From contig JBQTIJ010000134.1 of assembly GCA_052388255.1 (NCBI GenBank), positions 1-40,767 on the forward strand: 40,767 nt of DNA, given 5' to 3'. The translations under genes and the position numbers were made by a program. Positions 18,569-26,241 of this stretch are shown one piece after another. The stretch is from Phycisphaerales bacterium. GTDB lineage: Bacteria; Planctomycetota; Phycisphaerae; Phycisphaerales; UBA1924. Position 1 is the first letter of the stretch. Each line of letters starts with the position of its first letter. The notes below the pieces were generated by a model, which searched no databases, was not told the DNA's origin, and saw only the letters and a list, made by a program, of their open reading frames with translations.

Positions 18569-20056
18569 ATGGCTGGTCAAGTGAAGATCGCGCTCGCCAA
18601 GGGCGACGGCATTGGTCCTGAGATCATGGAAGCCACTCTCGAGCTCTTCCGGGCTGCGGGCGTGATGGACCACGCGGAGTTCGTGGATGTGGAGATGGGT
18701 CGGCGGGTCTTTGACGAGGGAAACACCCGCGGGATGACCAACGCCGCCATCTCGACGACCGAGGAGTGCGGGGTGCTCTTCAAGGGCCCCATGGAGACGC
18801 CCAAGGGCAGCGGGGGCAAGTCGATCAACGTGACGGCCCGCAAGCTCTGGAACACCTTCGCGAACCTGCGCCAGTTCCGCACCCTCCCGGGCGTCGAGAC
18901 CATCTACACCCGGGCCGGCGTGAACGTGAACTTCAGCATCGTTCGCGAGAACATCGAAGATACCTACGGCGGGGTTGAGCATCGCCTGTCGAACGACATG
19001 ATCCAGTGCAAGCGGCTGATCAGCGCGCCGGGGTCAGACCAGGTCAGCCGGTTCGCCTTCCAGACCGCGCGCAAACTCGGCGTCCGGCGCGTGCACTGCG
19101 GCCACAAGGCCAACATCATGAAGATGACCGACGGTCTCTTCCTTGAGCGGTTCCGGGCCGCCGCCAAGGACTTCCCGGAGATCGAGTTCGGGGATGTCAT
19201 CGTCGATGCCCTCTGCATGAACCTCGTCATGCGGCCCCAGCAGTACGAGATGGTCGTTCTCCCCAACCTGCAGGGCGACATCGTCAGCGACCTCGCCGCC
19301 GGGCTGGTCGGCGGGCTCGGCTTCGCCCCGAGCGCCAACATCGGTCGGCACATCAGCATCTTTGAGGCCGTGCACGGCACCGCCCCCGACATCGTCGGCC
19401 AGAACAAGGCCAACCCCACCGCGCTCATCCTCTCGGGCGTCATGATGCTCAAGCACCTCGGGATGCTCAAGCAGGCGGCCCTCATCGAGAATGCGCTGCT
19501 CGCCGCCCTCGAGGCGGGTGTGCATACGGCCGACTTCGGCCGGGCCGAGCACCCCGCGCTGGGCACGCGCGAATACGCCCGGCGCGTGGGCGAGTTCCTT
19601 GGCCGACGGCCCGCCACCGTTCCCGCCGTGCCCGAGAGTGACCAGAGCGTCCCCACCCACACCAAGCCCGTGAAGCCCGTTCACCAAGAGGTGCTGCGGA
19701 CCTTCACGAACCTTGTCACCTGTGTCGTGGGGTGCGACATCTACCTTGATTCGCCTCTCGGAAGCATCGCCGTTGCTGACGAGATGATGCGTGTCGCGCA
19801 GGACACTCCGTTCAAGCTCACGCTCATCAGCAACCGCGGCACACAGGTCTGGCCGACGGGGAGCGTCTACACCGAATGCGTCGACTACTACCGCGTCCGC
19901 TTTGAACTGCGCGAAGGGGTCGTCCCCGGCTCCTTCGGCCAGAGCCGGTGCGTTGCGCTCATGGACAAGATCGCCGAGAAGTTCACCGTCTGTTCATACG
20001 AACTCTTGCGCACCTTCGACGGCAACAAGGGCTATTCGCTGGCTCAAGGTCAGTGA
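18569..20056 (+). CDS. icd: Isocitrate dehydrogenase, long (about 480-490 aa) member of the isocitrate/isopropylmalate dehydrogenase family
   Basis: KIALAKGDGIGPEIMEA, SINVTARK, VRENIEDTYGG, NLQGDIVSDLAAGLVGGLGFAPSAN and EAVHGTAPDI match the family. A C-terminal extension of about 140 aa is present. The start is the ATG at 18569; the ORF-track part from 18140 to 18568 overlaps the upstream gene. Confidence 0.85.
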   Translation: MAGQVKIALAKGDGIGPEIMEATLELFRAAGVMDHAEFVDVEMGRRVFDEGNTRGMTNAAISTTEECGVLFKGPMETPKGSGGKSINVTARKLWNTFANLRQFRTLPGVETIYTRAGVNVNFSIVRENIEDTYGGVEHRLSNDMIQCKRLISAPGSDQVSRFAFQTARKLGVRRVHCGHKANIMKMTDGLFLERFRAAAKDFPEIEFGDVIVDALCMNLVMRPQQYEMVVLPNLQGDIVSDLAAGLVGGLGFAPSANIGRHISIFEAVHGTAPDIVGQNKANPTALILSGVMMLKHLGMLKQAALIENALLAALEAGVHTADFGRAEHPALGTREYARRVGEFLGRRPATVPAVPESDQSVPTHTKPVKPVHQEVLRTFTNLVTCVVGCDIYLDSPLGSIAVADEMMRVAQDTPFKLTLISNRGTQVWPTGSVYTECVDYYRVRFELREGVVPGSFGQSRCVALMDKIAEKFTVCSYELLRTFDGNKGYSLAQGQ

Positions 20057-20089
20057 ACGGCCGCCCTGCGCCTGCGGTATCCTGACCAC

Positions 20090-21535
20090 ATGAACACCCC
20101 GCTCGCGCGGTTGCCCCTTCTTGGCGCGCTCGGCCTCGTCCTCGCGGCGGGTGCCGCGCAGGCCGATGATGGGCCGCGCCTGATCCGGTCAGAGATGGCC
20201 GCGAAGGTCGCTGAGTCCGTCAGCCCCGCCCGCCTTCGCGCCTCGATCGACGCCCTTGTCGGGTTCGGCACACGCCACACACTCTCGGAGACCGCCGACC
20301 CAAAGCGCGGCATCGGGGCCGCCCGAAACTGGCTCAAGGGCGCGTTTGAGGGTGCCAGCGGCCCGGGCCGCCGTGAGTTCCGCGCGCTCTTCGATTGCTA
20401 CACCCAGCGGCCCACCCAGCGCGTCCCGCGCGAGGTGGAAGTCTGCAACGTGGTCGCGATCCTCCCGGGCAAAGCCCGTCAGACAAAGGACGCTCCCCCC
20501 TGGCCAACCCCCGCGCCCGGCGAGCGGTTTGTCTACGTGCTCGCCCACTACGACTCCCGCAACGGCGATCCACTCGATGCCGTCGGCGATTCGCCCGGCG
20601 CCAACGACGACGGCTCCGGCACCGCCGCAGTGCTTGAACTCGCCACCCTCCTCACCGATCCTGCCCTCGTAGGCACCGGGCTTGAGTGCACGGTCGTGCT
20701 GGTCGCCACCGCAGGCGAGGAACAGTCGCTTCTCGGCGCGACGCACCTTGCCAACCTCGCCGCGACTCATCAACACGTCATCGCGGGCGTCTTGAGCATG
20801 GACATCGTGGGCGACCCCACCGGAACGCCGACCAAGGAGGGCATCGTCCCTTCCGATTCGACTCGCATCCGTGTGTTCAGTGAAGGTCTCCCCCGGGTGC
20901 TCCCCGCCGAACCCCTCTCACGCATGCGCGCCAACAGCGCGGAGAGTGATTCGGCCAGCCGCGGGCTGGCCCGCTTCGTGGCGGACGTCGCCCGGGCACA
21001 GCAGACGCGCGTCTCCGCCAAGCTCGTCTTCCGCCCGGATCGCTTCCTCCGCGGGGGAGACCACTCCCCCTTCAACGACGCCGGTTTCGCGGCCGTCCGC
21101 TTCACTCAGGTCTTTGAGAACTACGACCGCCAGCACCAAGACGTGAAGGACCCGGCCCCCGATGGCCGCGTCCTCGGCGATCTTGCGCGCTTCGTCGATG
21201 TGCAGTATCTCGCCGGTGTGACGGGTCTCGTGGGTGCCGCGGCTGTTCACCTTGCCAACGCCCCCAGCCCTCCCCCGCTCGTCACCGTGCTCACGCGGGA
21301 CCTGGCGCAGGATTCAACCCTGCGCTGGACGAAATCGCCCGAGGTCGATGTGGTGGGTTATGAGGTCGTCTGGCGCGAGACCACAAGCCCGGAATGGACG
21401 AACGTTCTGGCAGTGGGGGACACGACGAAAGTCACCGTGCCTGTCAGCAAGGACGATTGCTTTCTTGGTGTGCGCGCCGTTGACCGCGAGGGGTACAAGA
21501 GCATGGTCACGCCCGCCGTCGCGGGGCGGGAGTAA
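20090..21535 (+). CDS. Secreted M28-family metallopeptidase with C-terminal FN3-like domain
   Basis: It has a signal peptide (LPLLGALGLVLAAGAAQA), the M28 zinc-ligand regions VLAHYDS and GANDDGSGTAAVLELA, and a C-terminal beta-sandwich-like tail (LRWTKSPEVDVVGYEVVWRETTSPEW). Confidence 0.8.
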   Translation: MNTPLARLPLLGALGLVLAAGAAQADDGPRLIRSEMAAKVAESVSPARLRASIDALVGFGTRHTLSETADPKRGIGAARNWLKGAFEGASGPGRREFRALFDCYTQRPTQRVPREVEVCNVVAILPGKARQTKDAPPWPTPAPGERFVYVLAHYDSRNGDPLDAVGDSPGANDDGSGTAAVLELATLLTDPALVGTGLECTVVLVATAGEEQSLLGATHLANLAATHQHVIAGVLSMDIVGDPTGTPTKEGIVPSDSTRIRVFSEGLPRVLPAEPLSRMRANSAESDSASRGLARFVADVARAQQTRVSAKLVFRPDRFLRGGDHSPFNDAGFAAVRFTQVFENYDRQHQDVKDPAPDGRVLGDLARFVDVQYLAGVTGLVGAAAVHLANAPSPPPLVTVLTRDLAQDSTLRWTKSPEVDVVGYEVVWRETTSPEWTNVLAVGDTTKVTVPVSKDDCFLGVRAVDREGYKSMVTPAVAGRE

Positions 21536-21564
21536 TCGGCAAGGCCCGAAGGCACGCCCGAGGT

Positions 21565-22656
21565 TCACCGAGGCGAAGCAGAAGGGGGCTCTTTGACGCC
21601 GCTCATCGGCGGCTGCGTCCCCTTTGCCGAGTCAGCATCCGGGCCGGGTTTCGCAGTCGTGAGGCGGCGGTATTCCTCATCCGCCAGACGCTGGCGATGG
21701 GGAAGAAACTCCCCGTCATACCACGCCATCCACTTCTTGGCATCCCACCCCATCTGCGCCGTCTCCTGGCCGCCCCAACCCGCCTTGGAGAGTTCAACCA
21801 GCGAGCCGTGAACGTCGCCGCTGTATTCGAACACAAAGGCGTCGATCACACGCAGCACCGTGCCCTCGCTGAGCACTTCCACCTGCGGGTCAAACGCCAC
21901 TGAACTCTCGCCCACCACAGGCATGAGGTCGGCCACGAAGGTCCGCTGCGTGCCCACATAGATGTATGCAAGATCGCCCACCGGGTCGGTGCTCTGCCCC
22001 GCGGCTGGGTTGCGCACCTGTGCCGCCACCATGAGCGGTATCGCGTCAAAGAGCTTCAGCACGTTCGCAAGATTGGCCGCGCCCGCGAGCACGGCAGAAT
22101 CGTCCCGCCGGAGTCCCTCCGCCACCACCGCCTGCACCGGGCCCGGGACTTCGCCCGTCGCCTTGGCCCGCTTGCCCACCCGCTCTGCGGCCTGCCGGCG
22201 ATAGGTCGGGTCTTTGTCAAACACGGCCGCCCACGCGAGCGTCGCGTCCCCCTGCGGGGTTGCCTGATCCATCAGGTGGTCGAGTACGGCGGTGCGCACA
22301 TCCGGCCCTTCACGATCAAAGAGTGAGAGCAGAACCGGAAAGACCGCAGGGTCCTTGAACTCGCGCAGTTTCGTGATGCCCGCCTGGCGGATCTCCGTCC
22401 GGCGCATCTGGCCAAAGTGCTTGACCCGGATGCGACGGAGTTCCTTCTCCGCCGCGGCCCGGCGACCGTTGGCCGCGCGGATCTCGGCCATCCGCGGGTC
22501 GCTCGGGTCGAGCGGTGGCTGAACCCACAGGGCTCCTTGTGTTCGCGCCCCAGCCCCCGGCATGGGCATCGCAAGCCCGGTGCTCTGCGCGCTGGTATGA
22601 CCAGCAAGCGACACAAGGGAGGCGGCAGCAAGAATGGAGAGTCGGTGGGTGTTCAT
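21565..22656 (-). CDS. Secreted hypothetical protein (helical, HEAT-like repeats)
   Basis: It has a signal peptide (MNTHRLSILAAASLVSLAGHTSAQS) and an open 363-codon frame with the local GC-rich codon style. No catalytic motif was recognised. Confidence 0.55.
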   Translation of the reverse strand: MNTHRLSILAAASLVSLAGHTSAQSTGLAMPMPGAGARTQGALWVQPPLDPSDPRMAEIRAANGRRAAAEKELRRIRVKHFGQMRRTEIRQAGITKLREFKDPAVFPVLLSLFDREGPDVRTAVLDHLMDQATPQGDATLAWAAVFDKDPTYRRQAAERVGKRAKATGEVPGPVQAVVAEGLRRDDSAVLAGAANLANVLKLFDAIPLMVAAQVRNPAAGQSTDPVGDLAYIYVGTQRTFVADLMPVVGESSVAFDPQVEVLSEGTVLRVIDAFVFEYSGDVHGSLVELSKAGWGGQETAQMGWDAKKWMAWYDGEFLPHRQRLADEEYRRLTTAKPGPDADSAKGTQPPMSGVKEPPSASPR

Positions 22657-22842
22657 GCGTGCTCCAAAGTTCAGATGACCACGGCCCCACGCAGTCCCCC
22701 GCCATGGGTGGCGGGCCTGAATCTATACCCTTATCGCCCGCCTCGGGTTCCTTGTTTGGTGATTTTTCGTGCCCGGCTCAAAGAGACCGGCGACCCGGAA
22801 CGGTCCCCAAGCGGGTGACCAACGATCGGGGCCTCAGCGATC

Positions 22843-23871
22843 ATGGTCCCCGACCCCCACAAGCCCGTGATGGACGCCCTCGCCGCCTTTGGCCCGGGGA
22901 GCATGGCCGCCGCGCCGGGGCCGGAGGAGGCGATGACCTACGCCCGCGCTCTGGCCCGAGCCCATTCCGAGAACTTCACCGTCCTCTCCGCGCTTGTGCC
23001 GCCGGACTTGCGCGATGGGTTCGCCGCCGTCTACGCCTTCTGCCGCTGGGCGGATGACCTTGGCGATGAGACGGGCTCGACACCAGAGGCGCGTGCCCGC
23101 TCGATCGAACTCCTCGAATGGTGGCGAGCCGAAACGCGTGCGTGCTTTGAAGGCCGGGCCAGCCATCCCGTCTTCGTTGCCCTGCGCACGGCCATCGACC
23201 GCCACGGCCTCCCGATCTCCCCCTTCACCGATCTCATCGATGCGTTCGTTCAGGATCAGAGCGTGCGCTCATACGAATCGTGGATCCAGTTGCTCGGCTA
23301 TTGCCGCCTGAGCGCAAACCCGGTGGGGCGCCTTGTCCTGCACCTTGGCGGGTACCCGGACACAACGGCCAACGGCGACCTCTACGCCATGAGCGATGCG
23401 ACCTGCACGGCCCTGCAGCTCATCAATTTCTGGCAGGACGTGCGCCGCGACCTCCTCGAGCGCGACCGCGTCTACATCCCCGCGCTCGACACCGGCGTCA
23501 CGCCGCCGCTGCTTCGCAACTGGGTCAACCGACCGGATGATCACCTCGTCCGCCTGCCGTACATTCTGGCCATGCGCCCGCTCATCGAACGAACCCGCGA
23601 ACTCTTCGAACGCGGGGCCGGGCTCCCCGCACGGCTTGACCAGAGCATCAGCCCGGTTGTCTGGCTCTTCGGCGCGGGCGGTCGCGCCATCCTTCAGCGG
23701 GTGGAGCAGATCGGCTGCGCCACGCTCTGGCAGCGTCCCCGCCTTTCGCGCCTGACCAAGGCCGGGCTCGTCGCCCGGGCCTTCGTCGCGTCGCGAACCG
23801 GCTTCGGCGGCCTGCTCGGCGTCCCCGCGCCGGCCCGCGCGCTCCCCGCCCGCATCGGAGCCGCGGCGTGA
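22843..23871 (+). CDS. hpnC: Hydroxysqualene synthase HpnC (squalene/phytoene synthase family)
   Basis: HSENFTVLSALVPPDLRDGFAAVYAFCRWADDLGDE (first Asp-rich motif context) and LQLINFWQDVRRDLLERDRVYIP match the HpnC pattern. It is the first gene of an hpnC-D-E arrangement. The start could also be a downstream ATG. Confidence 0.82.
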   Translation: MVPDPHKPVMDALAAFGPGSMAAAPGPEEAMTYARALARAHSENFTVLSALVPPDLRDGFAAVYAFCRWADDLGDETGSTPEARARSIELLEWWRAETRACFEGRASHPVFVALRTAIDRHGLPISPFTDLIDAFVQDQSVRSYESWIQLLGYCRLSANPVGRLVLHLGGYPDTTANGDLYAMSDATCTALQLINFWQDVRRDLLERDRVYIPALDTGVTPPLLRNWVNRPDDHLVRLPYILAMRPLIERTRELFERGAGLPARLDQSISPVVWLFGAGGRAILQRVEQIGCATLWQRPRLSRLTKAGLVARAFVASRTGFGGLLGVPAPARALPARIGAAA

Positions 23872-24836
23872 GTCCCGCTCCCACCACCTCCACCGGCAGC
23901 ATCCGCCCCGCCCACGCTGGCGCGGATGGGCCGACCCTTGAACGGTCATTCGAGGCCTGCCGCCAGATCACCCGTGCCGCCGCCCGCAACTTCTTTTACG
24001 GTCTTCGACTCACCCCGGAGCCGCGGCGCTCGGCCATCTTCGCCCTCTATGCCTGGATGCGGCAAGGGGATGATCTGGCGGACTCCGGGGCCGACATCGC
24101 CGGGCGAGAGGCCCGCCTCGCCGAGTTCCGCGCGCGGACCGAACAGGCACTCTCGGGGAGCATCCCTTCCACCACCGACGAGGCCTTCTGGCCCGCCTTC
24201 TGCGCCACCATCGAGAGTTACCCCATCGACCGCGATTGCCTCCGCGCCATGCTCCGCGGGCTCGCTTCAGACCTTGCCCACTGCGGCTTCGCCTCCTTTG
24301 AGGACCTCGACGGTTACTGCTTTGATGTCGGGTCGACCGTCGGCGTGACCTGCATGAACGTCTGGGGCCTCCGCCCCACGGCCGACGCGGCCGCCGCCCG
24401 CGAGCGTGCTATCGCCCGCGGCCGGGCCTTTCAGTTGACCAACATCCTGCGCGACGTTGCGGCGGACTTTGACGACACCCCCTCGCGCATCTACCTCCCG
24501 CGCGCGCTCTTCGCCGCCCACGGGCTCTCCCCGGCGGAACTCCGGACCTGGTCGCGACCGGGCCCCTGTGCCGACCTCATCCTGGACGCCGCGGCCCGGG
24601 CCGAGCGCTACTACGAGGCCTCGCGCGGTCTTGAGGGCGACATCGCCCCCGACTGTGCGCCCGCCCTCTGGGGGATGACGAGCATCTACCGCGGCATTCT
24701 TCGATTGGTCCTTTCAGATCCCGCGCGGGTGGTGGGGACGCAGCGCGTTCGGCTGAGCGCCGCCCGCAAGGGCCTCATCGCGATCAGCGCTGTCGTTCGC
24801 CAGCGCGCCGGCGCATGGGCATTGGGTGGGGCGTGA
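23868..24836 (+). CDS. hpnD: Presqualene diphosphate synthase HpnD (squalene/phytoene synthase family)
   Basis: CRQITRAAARNFFYGLRLTPEPRRSAIFALYAWMRQGDDLAD and AFQLTNILRDVAADFDDTPSRIYLP match the HpnD pattern. The GTG start at 23868 overlaps the hpnC TGA (GTGA). Confidence 0.82.
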   Translation: MSPAPTTSTGSIRPAHAGADGPTLERSFEACRQITRAAARNFFYGLRLTPEPRRSAIFALYAWMRQGDDLADSGADIAGREARLAEFRARTEQALSGSIPSTTDEAFWPAFCATIESYPIDRDCLRAMLRGLASDLAHCGFASFEDLDGYCFDVGSTVGVTCMNVWGLRPTADAAAARERAIARGRAFQLTNILRDVAADFDDTPSRIYLPRALFAAHGLSPAELRTWSRPGPCADLILDAAARAERYYEASRGLEGDIAPDCAPALWGMTSIYRGILRLVLSDPARVVGTQRVRLSAARKGLIAISAVVRQRAGAWALGGA

Positions 24837-26188
24837 GCCACCCGGATGTGATCGTGGCTGGGGGCGGGGTCGCCGGGATCGCCGCGGCTTTGCGCCTGGC
24901 GGAACGTGGTGCCCGCGTCACTCTCCTTGAGACCCGCCGGAAACTCGGCGGCCGGGCCACGAGTTTCGTGGACGTGCGCTCGGGCGAGACGCTCGACAAC
25001 TGCCAGCATGTGGTGCTCGGCTGCTGCACAGCGTACATGGACCTCCTCCGCCGCCTTGGCGTCGCGGAGGCGATCGAATGGCATGATCGCCAGTACTGGG
25101 TTGAGCCGGGTGGGCGCACCAGCGTGATCGAGCCCGACCTGCTCCCCGCCCCACTGCACTTTGCAGGTGCCGTGCTCCGCGCGTCGTTCCTGACCATGCG
25201 GCACGTCTTTGAACTTGCGGGCATCCTCCCCGTGATTCTGCGTGCGGAGCGCTCCCGCCACGTCGCGGAGTCCTTTGGCCGCTTCCTTCGCCGGCACGGG
25301 CAGTCAGAGTCGCTGATCGAGCGCTTCTGGGCACCGGTCGTGGTGAGCGCCTGCAACCTTCCCGTTGATCGTGTCGCCGCCTCCAGCGCGCTGCACGTCT
25401 TTCAAGAGGGGTTCTTTGCGCACCGCCACGCCGCCCGGCTGGGCATCTCGCGGATCCCTCTCATCGACCTCTACGACCGTGCGGAGGCGATGATCCGCGC
25501 AGCAGGCGGCCATGTGCGGCTTGGGTGCTCGGTCGATTCGATCGAGGCCGGCAGCGTGCTCATCGGCACGGGTGAGGTCCTGAGCGCGGGCAGAGTGGTT
25601 TGCGCCCTCCCGGTTGAACGGGCCCGCGAAGTGATCGCGCCGCACGCCCGCGATGAGCGGCAACCGCTCCTCGAACGCTTCACCTTCAGCCCGATCCTCG
25701 GGGTTCATCTTGTCTTTGACCGCCCCGTGCTTGCGCTCCCGCACGCGGTGCTTGTGGGCACAGGCACGCAGTGGCTCTTCCGCAAGGACTCTCACGGCTG
25801 CCGTGTGCACGCGGTCATCAGCGCTGCCGACGACTGGATGCCGCTCTCTGAGGCCGAGATCGGTGCCCGCGTTGAGCACGATATTCGAGCGTGCTTCCCC
25901 AATGTCGCCGGGGCCACGCTCGTCAGCGTCCGCCCCGTCAAGGAGAAGCGAGCCACCTTTGCCCCCACGTCAGAGGTGGAGAACGACCGCCCACTCTCGG
26001 CGGGTACAGGGCCGATCATCCTTGCGGGTGATTACACGCGCACCGGCTGGCCCGCCACCATGGAGGGGGCAGCCCGCAGTGGTGACACCGCCGCCGCGCT
26101 CGTGCTCGGCGACCCGAACCCCGCGTCGCCGCCTCCTCTTGTTGAGGGAGCCCTCGTACGGCTGCTCCGCCTGGGCGCGGGTGCGTAG
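24815..26188 (+). CDS. hpnE: Hydroxysqualene dehydroxylase HpnE (FAD-dependent amine-oxidase/desaturase family)
   Basis: It has the FAD-binding N-terminus DVIVAGGGVAGIAAALRLAERGARVTLLETRRKLGGRA and the C-terminal ILAGDYTRTGWPATMEGAARSG. Its position after hpnC-hpnD supports the call. The start is ATG 24815 or the in-frame GTG 24833, which would give a second GTGA overlap with the hpnD stop. Confidence 0.8.
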   Translation: MGIGWGVSHPDVIVAGGGVAGIAAALRLAERGARVTLLETRRKLGGRATSFVDVRSGETLDNCQHVVLGCCTAYMDLLRRLGVAEAIEWHDRQYWVEPGGRTSVIEPDLLPAPLHFAGAVLRASFLTMRHVFELAGILPVILRAERSRHVAESFGRFLRRHGQSESLIERFWAPVVVSACNLPVDRVAASSALHVFQEGFFAHRHAARLGISRIPLIDLYDRAEAMIRAAGGHVRLGCSVDSIEAGSVLIGTGEVLSAGRVVCALPVERAREVIAPHARDERQPLLERFTFSPILGVHLVFDRPVLALPHAVLVGTGTQWLFRKDSHGCRVHAVISAADDWMPLSEAEIGARVEHDIRACFPNVAGATLVSVRPVKEKRATFAPTSEVENDRPLSAGTGPIILAGDYTRTGWPATMEGAARSGDTAAALVLGDPNPASPPPLVEGALVRLLRLGAGA

Positions 26189-26241
26189 TCGGTTCTGCCG
26201 GTCATCGCGCTGCACCACCCGGGGGCACCAACGATCACGCT

